Virus record (IMG/VR): IMGVR_UViG_3300045988_105999
Span: 1-40,616 of that record
Length of the DNA: 40,616 bases
Direction: 5' to 3' (one strand)
DNA from: a virus
Below are positions 9,093-17,566 of the stretch, piece after piece; the first letter of the stretch is position 1, and every line of letters begins with the position of its first letter. A program made the translations under genes and the position numbers. The notes under the pieces were generated by a model, which saw nothing but the letters and a program-made list of their open reading frames with translations, searched no databases and had not been told where the DNA came from.

Positions 9093-9362
9093 CTACTCGG
9101 TCAGTCCGAGTTCTAAATTGATAATTCTTTCTTCGTGATCTACCAGCATAGAGAGCGTATCCTCTTCCGCCGTAGGCTCTGGTTCTGGCGGATCAGGCTT
9201 CGGCAATGGGTCGTGGATGAATTGCCCGTTTTCGTAACGGTATTCTGTTACATCCCCGTCTGGGAACGAGTCGACCACATTATCGTATGTCTGCCCGTCA
9301 ATGCAGGGGCAGACGGACATGATGCGTCCGTTTTCACCTAAATTTAACGAATATTTTTCCAT
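9093..9362 (-). CDS. Hypothetical protein, 89 aa (XkdW-like position, fibre-associated)
   Basis: Clean ORF between the fibre gene and the XkdX-like gene, with a Pro/Glu-rich linker PLPKPDPPEPEPTAEE. Function assigned by position only. Confidence 0.5.
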   Translation of the reverse strand: MEKYSLNLGENGRIMSVCPCIDGQTYDNVVDSFPDGDVTEYRYENGQFIHDPLPKPDPPEPEPTAEEDTLSMLVDHEERIINLELGLTE

Positions 9363-9366
9363 ACGC

Positions 9367-10191
9367 TTAAATCACTCCTTTCACAGCAAATATTTTTACT
9401 GGAATAACAAATGATGGTCGCTCAACTGGATTTTTGTCCGTATGGTCTTTTGAGTATCCTTTACCAAATTGAATCCCATCGCTTCGGCATACTACTCCCC
9501 TAAATGCTGTTCCTATGACTGTACCACTGCTTGAATAATCTGTATTATATGGTGCATCCATGATGTATGCATTGCCATCACACGTTAGTATCGCCACTTT
9601 CCACAAATTTGAAGTTGTTGTTATCTTAAACACCACAAGAATAAAAGATGCGTCCGTAGCATTCAGCTGAATCGTTTGTTCAGGAAAATAGCTTTCTGGA
9701 CTTGCATTCGTCCACAGTTTCTTAATGCCAACTCCACCTAGTGCTTTCAACGCTTCGGTCGCAGTTGTCTTGCCAGTGCCGCCTTCTGTGATACTTAGCG
9801 CTTTGTTTTCCAAAATCGCGGCTCTTGCCGTAGTCGCTGTAATAGCCCCTGTACCACCTTTATCGATTGGTTGTACTTTGGATTCTTCTGCGGTCATGCG
9901 AGATTTTAGGTCTGTAACATCGCTTAATGCTCCGTCTACCTTGTCTCCTATAGCGTAAATACCGTAGATTTCCTCCCACACACCTTCACATACAGGTACT
10001 GTGTACTGGATAGTTCCATCTGTGAGAGTAACTTTTGACCGCATCCACAAGTACTTATTGTTTCCCAGTGTAGGCGGAGTTGCCGACCAAGAACCGCCAT
10101 CAAGAACAGCGGAACTGGAAGACAGGTAATACTCCCACGAAAAGTCACTGACTCCCACGCCCTTGACATTTCCGATAAATCGTTTTGCCAT
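9367..10191 (-). CDS. Tail fibre / receptor-binding protein, 274 aa
   Basis: Two GGTG(A/K)xTAxxA motifs (IDKGGTGAITATTARAAIL and TEGGTGKTTATEALKALG) are common in phage fibre proteins. GGAGGAATAAAAA RBS. Follows the collagen-like gene. Confidence 0.65.
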   Translation of the reverse strand: MAKRFIGNVKGVGVSDFSWEYYLSSSSAVLDGGSWSATPPTLGNNKYLWMRSKVTLTDGTIQYTVPVCEGVWEEIYGIYAIGDKVDGALSDVTDLKSRMTAEESKVQPIDKGGTGAITATTARAAILENKALSITEGGTGKTTATEALKALGGVGIKKLWTNASPESYFPEQTIQLNATDASFILVVFKITTTSNLWKVAILTCDGNAYIMDAPYNTDYSSSGTVIGTAFRGVVCRSDGIQFGKGYSKDHTDKNPVERPSFVIPVKIFAVKGVI

Positions 10192-10194
10192 TTT

Positions 10195-10617
10195 TTATTC
10201 CTCCGGTTCTATGTAATAAAGATTTCCTGTTGTTGCATCGTATTCAAAAGTACCGACTTTCCCTGACGGTCCTTGCGGTCCGGCAGGTCCTTGTATTCCC
10301 TGCACGCCTTGCTCTCCCTGTGGACCGGTTGCTCCTGTGTCACCCTTTTCTCCCTGAATGCCTTGTATCCCTTGGATGCCCTGTTCGCCTTGGATTCCTT
10401 GTTTGCCTTCGTCTCCCTTGTCACCCTTTGCGCCTTTCAGTGATGCAAGCCACGCTTCTTCGTCTCCGACAAAGCCGTTTCTCACAGCAACTTCATACGC
10501 AGATGCTCCGTCGATACCAGGCGGTCCCTGCTTACCCTGCGAAGACTCTTTCAGTTTGTCGATAGCCTTTGCCAGTTCCGGTATGGATGCGTTATAGTCT
10601 TTTCTGTTTAGCTTCAT
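10195..10617 (-). CDS. Collagen-like (G-X-Y repeat) fibre protein, 140 aa
   Basis: ATG 10617 follows a GAGGAGTG RBS (the track start 10659 overlaps the upstream gene). 19 uninterrupted G-X-Y triplets plus a shorter GKQGPPGIDG run. Confidence 0.8.
   Translation of the reverse strand: MKLNRKDYNASIPELAKAIDKLKESSQGKQGPPGIDGASAYEVAVRNGFVGDEEAWLASLKGAKGDKGDEGKQGIQGEQGIQGIQGIQGEKGDTGATGPQGEQGVQGIQGPAGPQGPSGKVGTFEYDATTGNLYYIEPEE
10261..10434 (-). repeat. Coding G-X-Y triplet repeat (19 units)
   Basis: GAKGDKGDEGKQGIQGEQGIQGIQGIQGEKGDTGATGPQGEQGVQGIQGPAGPQGPSG. Confidence 0.9.
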
Positions 10618-10621
10618 ACCA

Positions 10622-12640
10622 TCACTCCTCATAGAACAGGAAGCCTGTGTCCGACTCATAGATCAGATTCAGCGAGTTAACATCATGTCCGGAAACATAC
10701 AGATTGCTGTCTCTATCCATGAGAAGCGTGTACGTTTCAACCTCATTATTGATACGATTCTTAGAGTAGTTCCCGATAGTGTACAACTTGACCACTTCCT
10801 GAACACCAAAGCTTTCATTGAGCAGGTCATTTTTGATGATGAACTGCAGCCGCTTATACTTCTTGAATTTCTTCTTGATGTAGAAGTCCTGCGGCAGGTC
10901 CGTATTCGTACCGGCAATCGCACCGATATATACAGGCTTGTTTTCGTCCGCTCGGATATAAACCTCTGCCGAGGTGTTCGCAATGCTTCTGTCAATTGAC
11001 TGTATCGTCACCAGACAGCCTTTTTTCTGCATATTCTTAAAGTAGTGCGTCACGCCATCATTGTCCAAGATAGTTGTCCAGTGAGATTCTATCGGCATTC
11101 CATCATCATTGAACGCTTCGCTTCCGAACTCTGCGATGGACTTGAATCGGCAGAGTTTCCCGTCAGCTGTACCGAACCACAGCTCTTCGTTATGCACGCA
11201 AAATGCCGTTGCCGGTACATTCTCCCAGTAGTAACACTCATACTGCAAATTGGAACGCTGTGTTTCCCACGAGTTCTTCTGCGTGCCGTCCATGATGTAG
11301 CAATGGTCATTCACGCATAAAATATAAAAGCGATCCCATACTACCGACACGGAGTCTTTCAGGTTCGCTTCTTCTAAAAGTTTCTTATTGATATAGTAGC
11401 TTCGGTTCTGGACCGTAGCTGTTGCAAAGTAGTTTCCGCTCTCCGAAGACATCACCGCCGATATGCCGTATAATCCGTCCTCTGACAGGAAAATCTGCTC
11501 CCCATTGAGTGAGTTAAAGGACTTCTTAGAAATCGCTCCTACGCCCGTTATAGACTGTCTCACAGCATATGTGGAGTTTTCATCAAATGTCAGCGAGTAC
11601 GCCAGAAATACTGTACTGCTTTCCGGGTTCGATTCTTTGATAATACCGAGGTACTCTCCAAGGTCAATCAGTCCCATAACTGACGTAAAATCGTCTCCGA
11701 CTACAAAATAGCTTAAGTCCGGGAAATACGATGCGTCTTCATACGCAGAGTACCAAACATAGGACTTATACGTCCCCGATGCTCCAGACAGGAAAATCCG
11801 GCTGTTGTAAACCGATGCTACCGTACACTGTCGGAGCTGTTCTGCAGCAGGGCTTGTTCCCGTAGCGGTATACTCTATGATGATATTGTCTTCCCCGGTC
11901 ACTACAGGTGGCTTAGCCGCAGAAAATGTGATTTTCCCAGTCGCATAATCCACGGTGTACCCAGATCCCTTTGTCAGCGTCTCATAATCGCCGGAGCTAT
12001 TTTTTACCTTTACGGTCTCCGTACCGCTGACAATCGGCGTAGATGTGTAAAACTCCTTGGATTCTGCGTCTCCCAGAAACATTTCTTTTCGTTTCCGGGT
12101 AAGAAGATTCACATTTTCATACACTGTACCGCCGCCGGATGATGTTCTACCGATCAGTGTTGTTGGCACATACGGCTGCACTTCCTTGAAGTAAAACTGC
12201 TTTGCACCATCCACAGTCTTAAACGTGTACTCACGGAGAACATTGTCAGCCAGAATGTAGAACGCACCGCCAGATATAGCATTAAAGAAAAATCCCACAA
12301 CATCCGAAGCTGGATCACTCAATGTAATAAGTGCCGCTGTGTTATCTGCGAGCCCATTGTAGATGCCGTTTCCCTTTGCATACAGAATGTGAGATTGTCC
12401 GCCATAGTCAAACGACCACATTTCACGGATCTTCGCCTTCTGTTCTGCGTCTAAAGGATTGTATTCAACCTTCCATCCGGTACGCTTGTACGGTACTCCG
12501 CCATCATCCGGGAGCATGTTCAGTGCGTCAGGGCTCCTTCTCTTGAAAACCTTTGTTGGATCAGTGGTGAAATCTATGCCCTTAAAGTTCGAGTATACCG
12601 ATGTATAAACTTTCGGCTCGCTCGGTGTCTGTATTGGCAT
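10622..12640 (-). CDS. Large tail structural protein, 672 aa (nozzle/tail body, by position)
   Basis: 2-kb ORF between the putative adaptor and the fibre genes. GGGGGG RBS. No enzymatic motif seen. Confidence 0.5.
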   Translation of the reverse strand: MPIQTPSEPKVYTSVYSNFKGIDFTTDPTKVFKRRSPDALNMLPDDGGVPYKRTGWKVEYNPLDAEQKAKIREMWSFDYGGQSHILYAKGNGIYNGLADNTAALITLSDPASDVVGFFFNAISGGAFYILADNVLREYTFKTVDGAKQFYFKEVQPYVPTTLIGRTSSGGGTVYENVNLLTRKRKEMFLGDAESKEFYTSTPIVSGTETVKVKNSSGDYETLTKGSGYTVDYATGKITFSAAKPPVVTGEDNIIIEYTATGTSPAAEQLRQCTVASVYNSRIFLSGASGTYKSYVWYSAYEDASYFPDLSYFVVGDDFTSVMGLIDLGEYLGIIKESNPESSTVFLAYSLTFDENSTYAVRQSITGVGAISKKSFNSLNGEQIFLSEDGLYGISAVMSSESGNYFATATVQNRSYYINKKLLEEANLKDSVSVVWDRFYILCVNDHCYIMDGTQKNSWETQRSNLQYECYYWENVPATAFCVHNEELWFGTADGKLCRFKSIAEFGSEAFNDDGMPIESHWTTILDNDGVTHYFKNMQKKGCLVTIQSIDRSIANTSAEVYIRADENKPVYIGAIAGTNTDLPQDFYIKKKFKKYKRLQFIIKNDLLNESFGVQEVVKLYTIGNYSKNRINNEVETYTLLMDRDSNLYVSGHDVNSLNLIYESDTGFLFYEE

Positions 12641-13231
12641 CTAAATCCCCCCTGACATGATCCTTGCTCTCGGCTTTTCTGCACCCATCTTTATTTCCTG
12701 TACCAGTCTTTCATACTGGTTGTAGTACGACACCGCCTTGGCGTTTTCATCTTCCATCCAGATATAATAGCTGGCCAGAAGCGGCACAAGGTGATGGACT
12801 TTCAGAGGAAGTTCTATCGGTGCAGAATCTTCCGAATCCAATGTGAACGGTGTGTGCGCCCTCTTATAGAACACTTTGAACGACCCCTTCACACTGCCGT
12901 CCATAATCAGCACCTTGTCGTTTTCGATTTCAAAGTCGTTATACTGCTTATATACGGTAGGACCCACCATGACTGGCGTATCTGCAAACTCAAGGAATCT
13001 CACAGTGCCGTCTTCATCAGCAGTCAGTTCTTCCATGTCGTAGTACAGCAGGTCGCTTTCTGTACCGTCCTGTTCAAATTTATACGTTCCAACATTCGGC
13101 GTTACTATGAGGTTGATTTCCGTGATTGCTCTGTTTATCGCATTCGGCACTACTTCGTCAAATTCGTCGATTTCTGCATCTTCTGCAAAACCGAGGTCTC
13201 TGATTTGTGCTTTCAGTTCTCCATAGTTCAT
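12641..13231 (-). CDS. Putative head-tail adaptor/connector, 196 aa (position only)
   Basis: AGGAGTTACTTA RBS. Abuts the 672-aa gene (stop at 12641, next start at 12640). CDS is confident; function is inferred. Confidence 0.45.
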   Translation of the reverse strand: MNYGELKAQIRDLGFAEDAEIDEFDEVVPNAINRAITEINLIVTPNVGTYKFEQDGTESDLLYYDMEELTADEDGTVRFLEFADTPVMVGPTVYKQYNDFEIENDKVLIMDGSVKGSFKVFYKRAHTPFTLDSEDSAPIELPLKVHHLVPLLASYYIWMEDENAKAVSYYNQYERLVQEIKMGAEKPRARIMSGGI

Positions 13232-13240
13232 AAGTAACTC

Positions 13241-13387
13241 CTATTTCTTACTTCTTTTCGCCGGTGTGCCTCTCTTTCTTGGCTTCTTAGGCTCTTCACT
13301 GCCATTCGCGTTCTCGGCTTTCTGTCGTTCCTTTTCGACCGCCTCCATGAACGCCCACCGTCTTTCACGCTGTCTTCTCGTAGACAT
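13241..13387 (-). CDS. Small highly basic protein, 48 aa (not in ORF track)
   Basis: ATG 13387 follows an AGGAGGATACC RBS. MSTRRQRERRWAFMEAVEKERQKAENANGSEEPKKPRKRGTPAKRSKK. Confidence 0.55.
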   Translation of the reverse strand: MSTRRQRERRWAFMEAVEKERQKAENANGSEEPKKPRKRGTPAKRSKK

Positions 13388-13398
13388 GGTATCCTCCT

Positions 13399-13425
13399 AA
13401 AAAAATATGGGGGCTATGCGCCCCC
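13399..13425 (-). terminator. Intrinsic terminator after the capsid-decoration gene
   Basis: Minus RNA reads GGGGGC-GCAUA-GCCCCC then AUAUUUUUUU, 7 nt after the stop at 13432. Confidence 0.7.
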
Positions 13426-13431
13426 GTATCT

Positions 13432-13788
13432 CTATACTTTAGCTTCTACCACAGCGATAGAAACCGCTTTGTCGGACGTAATGCGGATTTTACCTGCATC
13501 TGCACCGGATACGTTCTTGAAGATCGTAGAATCCAGAGTGAACGCAGCTTCTGTACTCTTCGCAACAATAGCGGTAACATCATTTACCCCGCCATAGGCG
13601 TTGCCGTGATGCAGAGTCAGAGTCGCATCATCAGACGAAGATGCATTCTGAACCAGAATTAAAGTTCTCTGGTCATTGTAATCCGCTGTAATCACGGCAG
13701 TATCACCAGCCCCAATAGAGGTTCTAGTGAACTTCGTTACCGTATTCGGTTTTGTTGTGGTCTGCTTTTTTACTGCTACATCTGCCAT
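13432..13788 (-). CDS. Putative capsid decoration / head fibre protein, 118 aa
   Basis: Immediately downstream of the MCP gene and followed by a terminator (highly expressed pair). Ser/Thr/Ala/Val-rich, beta-type composition. Function by position. Confidence 0.45.
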   Translation of the reverse strand: MADVAVKKQTTTKPNTVTKFTRTSIGAGDTAVITADYNDQRTLILVQNASSSDDATLTLHHGNAYGGVNDVTAIVAKSTEAAFTLDSTIFKNVSGADAGKIRITSDKAVSIAVVEAKV

Positions 13789-13806
13789 TTTCTATTTCTC
13801 CTTTCT

Positions 13807-14649
13807 CTACGCAATCTTCATACGCAGGTTTACGATTTCCTTTGGAGCAGTGACTCTTCCGTCAAACAGGGAGAATCCCTTGACACGATCCTGGAAGTAA
13901 TCTCCCGGTCTGTCTGCTTCCAGATGCAGGTAAGCATCAATAAAGGAAATGGCGTTATTAGTCTTTACCTGAATGTCACATACTCCTGTAGAGGAGAAAT
14001 GCACGTTGTTGGAAGCTTTGATGATAGCACCGCCGTACATTCCTACTCTGCCGTTTCTCAGCATTTCAGAGTTGTTGGTATCGAGGTCAACATATGCCTT
14101 TTTCAGCAGCGTTACGACTTTGTGCGGTACAGTGATAGTAACTTCGGTATCTCTATCTACATCGTTCTCCCACAGGATTTCCAGTGCCTCATCAAAGTAA
14201 TCTAAGATGTTGGTGTATGTAACCAGCGCAGATGATTTATCGACGATCTTCACCTGCGGATCAGTAACCAGTCCGGCAATGAACTTGTCCTGCGCATTCG
14301 CAACCTTATCCTTTGCCTTTGCGGCGTACTTTCCGATAAGTCCATCTCCGCCTTCTGCCTGTCTCTTGTCGAGATCGTCAACAAAGAAGTTGAAGTCTCT
14401 GTACTCCATGATCGGGATTGTCATGGATGTACCCTGTACTTCCTGTGGAGCATCCAGCTTATGGGTTTTACCATCGTTAAAGGACCGCAGGTCAACATCT
14501 CCCAGTCCCAAAACCTTTACAGTATCGCCTGCATGTCTTGCGATACCTTCGTATTCGCGGTTTGTGTTTTCTGCGAATACCAGCTTTCTTTTGAGATCAT
14601 CTTTGAATTTCTTCGCCCAGACCTCAGGAATAAAAGTTTCTACAGACAT
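13807..14649 (-). CDS. Major capsid protein, 280 aa
   Basis: Follows the scaffold gene. N-terminus FIPEVWAKKF...NREYEGIARHAGDTVKV matches the common MCP opening pattern (iPE.W...l......v.r.yeg.i...GdtV.i). AAAGGAG RBS. Confidence 0.75.
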   Translation of the reverse strand: MSVETFIPEVWAKKFKDDLKRKLVFAENTNREYEGIARHAGDTVKVLGLGDVDLRSFNDGKTHKLDAPQEVQGTSMTIPIMEYRDFNFFVDDLDKRQAEGGDGLIGKYAAKAKDKVANAQDKFIAGLVTDPQVKIVDKSSALVTYTNILDYFDEALEILWENDVDRDTEVTITVPHKVVTLLKKAYVDLDTNNSEMLRNGRVGMYGGAIIKASNNVHFSSTGVCDIQVKTNNAISFIDAYLHLEADRPGDYFQDRVKGFSLFDGRVTAPKEIVNLRMKIA

Positions 14650-14663
14650 TTAAGTCTCCTTTC

Positions 14664-15383
14664 CTACTTGCGTTTCCACTTTGAGAATGACGCAAGTATC
14701 TTATCAGCATTTTTGTAACGTTGTTCGGATGTCATAGCATCCACCTCTTCCTTCGTAAAGAAGTCCTTTTCAGGTGGTTCGCTATTCACTTTGCCGATTT
14801 CCTTTGGAGCAGACGGAGTTGTCGCCGCCTCTTTGCTCTTTACGGCAAAGTACGCATCAGTGGCGGAAAGCCCCGCCTTGATGTAACTTACATAGGATTC
14901 TCCAAGCTGTTCACAGCTCGTGATAGAAGGGTCAATCTTCTGGATTTCTGCAAGGTCTTCTTTCATCTGGATTTCAGCCTTTGCAGATGCGACTTCACCT
15001 CTCAGTCTCTGGATCTCATTGTCCTTTTCTGCATTATCCTGTTCAGCAGAAATCAGAGCCGCTAAATCACTTGGATCTAAATCCATGCTTTCTGCAAGAA
15101 TCTCGATATCTCCGTTTTCTCTGCCCGTCAGCCGAGAAATGGTACTTGCTCTTGCGTTCTCTCTTGCCTGCAATTCTGCAAGCTGTCTTTCGGCTTCTTC
15201 CGCTCTACGTGCATTATCAGCAGATTCTCTGCGGATTCTTGCCCACGCTTCGGATGCGGAATGACCATCGTCGGGTGGTGTCCCCTGACCTTCTGTCTGT
15301 TCGGCTACCCCAGACTCGTTTACGCCTTCTGTTACCGGCTCGGCTACTTCCGGTTCGTTTACGCCTAAATTTTCAATATCCAT
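14664..15383 (-). CDS. Scaffolding protein, 239 aa
   Basis: Acidic, Ala/Glu-rich coiled-coil composition. Located between portal and MCP. AAGGAG RBS. Confidence 0.7.
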   Translation of the reverse strand: MDIENLGVNEPEVAEPVTEGVNESGVAEQTEGQGTPPDDGHSASEAWARIRRESADNARRAEEAERQLAELQARENARASTISRLTGRENGDIEILAESMDLDPSDLAALISAEQDNAEKDNEIQRLRGEVASAKAEIQMKEDLAEIQKIDPSITSCEQLGESYVSYIKAGLSATDAYFAVKSKEAATTPSAPKEIGKVNSEPPEKDFFTKEEVDAMTSEQRYKNADKILASFSKWKRK

Positions 15384-15406
15384 AATTTTCTCCTTGGATT
15401 TTTTGT

Positions 15407-15432
15407 ATTAAAAAAGCGGGCTTATTCCCGCT
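15407..15432 (-). terminator. Hairpin + U-run between the portal block and the scaffold gene
   Basis: Minus RNA reads AGCGGG-AAUAAG-CCCGCU-UUUU. The stem overlaps the stop codon of the Zn-ribbon ORF. Confidence 0.55.
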
Positions 15433-15604
15433 CTTTTATCGTTGATTCAGTTTCTTCTCCGGTAGGTGAGTATGCTGTGCCGCACTCTTTGCATTCCGGA
15501 TTCACGCAGGCATAGAAAAATGTCTCCACGCCGTCTTTTCTTGAAATTTTATCTAACAGCATTTCGCTGTTGCACTCACTGCACCGCCTGTTCACTGTTA
15601 CCAT
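15422..15604 (-). CDS. Zinc-ribbon protein, 60 aa
   Basis: ATG 15604 lies 6 nt after a GGGAGG RBS. Two CxxC pairs (CSEC ... CKEC). Overlaps the portal 3' end by 29 nt. Confidence 0.5.
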   Translation of the reverse strand: MVTVNRRCSECNSEMLLDKISRKDGVETFFYACVNPECKECGTAYSPTGEETESTIKERE

Positions 15605-17291
15605 CTTGCGCCTCCCATGCTTTCTGTGCCGCCTGCATATCAGCTCCATACGTCGCCTGCAATCCTGCGGCTTCCTGCTTCATTTGCTCCTGCTGCTCGA
15701 GTTTTCGTTTCCGGAAAACCTCCATCAGTTTATTTTTCGGGACAACGCTGTTATCCGGTGCAAGCTCGACGTACTCCTTGAACGTGATGTGCTGTTTTTC
15801 AAGCATACTGTCAAGTGCAGTCTGCTCCGCTTCCTTTGTCCACGGGTTATCCTGCGATACGTCGATTCGGATGTCCGGTTTCATGTTGTCCAGTTCTTCT
15901 GTAGTGACTCTCTCTACAGTCCTGTGAGATTCTCCTATATCATCCGTAGTATCAACGGCAACATCGAAGCCTTCCGGGTGATACACTGCCCAGATTTCAA
16001 CCCATAACTTGGCGAGATCCTCAACAAATGTTTTCATCTTCGCCACCTGCTCATTCAGCGGGAGTGCCGCCTGGTCACGGATAGCGATGATTGCGGATGC
16101 CGCAACTCTGTTCGGGTTGATGTTACCCATGGCAGTTTCACCAGAACCAGACAGTTCCTGCGAGTTTGAAAGCAGGTCGTCTGCATAGTTCTTCGGGTCA
16201 GAGTTACTCTGCGCCGGATTCAGGTATGAAATTATCTGGTTGATGCTCTGCACGCCCCCAGACTGCATCTCAATAGGTGCTCCCACTTCTCCGAGTGCCT
16301 CTGGGTTGGTGATAGCGTTACCGTCGTATGCGATTCTCGGGAACGCCGTAAGCTTAATAATCATGCTCCGGCGTGCTAGGGTCTTGTTGATTTCAAGCTG
16401 ATTTGGGATAAGCTGTGTTACCTCGGAGATCCCTCTTGCACTGTTCGGGTAATCTTCCCATGAAATTTTAACAAGCGGATAGAGAGTAAGTCCTCTGCCC
16501 GGTTCGCCATTTGCCAGAGTTACTTGTATTGGATGCTCCGGCTCGAAAATCACGCTTCTTGTGCACTGCGTTACATGAACAATGCCCCCTTTTTTCTCCA
16601 TATGGATAATACACGTCACCTTGGACTCGTTACTGGATGAGTCGTTTGTGACTTCGTCCCGGTTTCCAACAAGGTTTTCCGTGTCATTGTCTGCTGTGAT
16701 CCTCTTTATCTCGCTCTCCGGTATGTTGTTCAGTCTTGCTCGCTCCCTGACAGCTCCTACGGTAAGCCTCTGAACTATGATGATATACGGCTGCTGCTGT
16801 ATGTTCTGATTAGACTCGTCGCCATAAAGCACCGAGGTATTAGGCAACCGCTGCATATCTTCGACATTTCCGGTCCCGTAATACTGAATACCGTCTCCGG
16901 TGACCGCTGAATCCTTTGTGGTTGCCCAAAGCTCCATGTCCATGTTGGATTTTTCCCAGCATCTAGCAAACATAGCATTGAGTTTGCTGTAAATCGCCAT
17001 GGTTTCTTCTTCCTCCCTGCCTTCTGCGTCGGAATACTTCGCTACCATGTTGTTCTGTGATACCGTAGAGACTTTGTGCTTGATGGTAGGCTTGATGAAA
17101 TTTAAAAACGGCAGTTCTTCACCGCCGCTCTTCATGCCTTCCCATTGATTTCCGGAATAGAAATTCCATGCCTTGTTTGTTTTGGGTATAAGTTGTTTAT
17201 TTGTCAGATATTCCATGCCTTTTTCGTACCGTTTCCAGTACTTTTCCGGTGTCTGCGGAATATCAATGTTTTTCTTTACAGGGTTTGTCAC
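15576..17291 (-). CDS. Portal protein, 571 aa
   Basis: GTG start with an AGGAGG RBS, overlapping the upstream stop (GTGA). Size and position (after terL, before scaffold/MCP) are typical for a portal. Confidence 0.7.
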   Translation of the reverse strand: MTNPVKKNIDIPQTPEKYWKRYEKGMEYLTNKQLIPKTNKAWNFYSGNQWEGMKSGGEELPFLNFIKPTIKHKVSTVSQNNMVAKYSDAEGREEEETMAIYSKLNAMFARCWEKSNMDMELWATTKDSAVTGDGIQYYGTGNVEDMQRLPNTSVLYGDESNQNIQQQPYIIIVQRLTVGAVRERARLNNIPESEIKRITADNDTENLVGNRDEVTNDSSSNESKVTCIIHMEKKGGIVHVTQCTRSVIFEPEHPIQVTLANGEPGRGLTLYPLVKISWEDYPNSARGISEVTQLIPNQLEINKTLARRSMIIKLTAFPRIAYDGNAITNPEALGEVGAPIEMQSGGVQSINQIISYLNPAQSNSDPKNYADDLLSNSQELSGSGETAMGNINPNRVAASAIIAIRDQAALPLNEQVAKMKTFVEDLAKLWVEIWAVYHPEGFDVAVDTTDDIGESHRTVERVTTEELDNMKPDIRIDVSQDNPWTKEAEQTALDSMLEKQHITFKEYVELAPDNSVVPKNKLMEVFRKRKLEQQEQMKQEAAGLQATYGADMQAAQKAWEAQDGNSEQAVQ

Positions 17292-17566
17292 TTGATTTCC
17301 TCCTGTCCATTGTCTGTGCCGTCATATCGGTCTATATTGGCTAAAACAGAGTTGATTTTTCTAATTTCTGCTTCCTGTTCGGTCCTCTGCTTCTTCTCTG
17401 CCTTAGTCTCCCTGTGCTTTATCTTGGGAGCATCTACAAAAGCAGGCACTTCCTCTTTTTCCTCAACTAATGCCAGTTTCACGCCGTATGCGATGAATTT
17501 AACCACAAAAAACGGTAAAATCATCAGATACACAACGCAAATTGTCAGCAAAATATCAAATAACAT
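17288..17566 (-). CDS. Small membrane protein, 92 aa
   Basis: N-terminal hydrophobic segment ILLTICVVYLMILPFFVVKFIAYGV followed by a Lys/Glu-rich tail. Wedged between terL and portal, overlapping both. Confidence 0.55.
   Translation of the reverse strand: MLFDILLTICVVYLMILPFFVVKFIAYGVKLALVEEKEEVPAFVDAPKIKHRETKAEKKQRTEQEAEIRKINSVLANIDRYDGTDNGQEEIK

Noticed and set aside
10261-10434. Short periodic repeats as a CRISPR array or DGR template/variable region (also 32684-32791)
   Set aside because: Both repeat sets are in-frame coding repeats (G-X-Y triplets and 9-aa units). They have no spacers, no cas genes, no reverse transcriptase, and no second diverged copy elsewhere.
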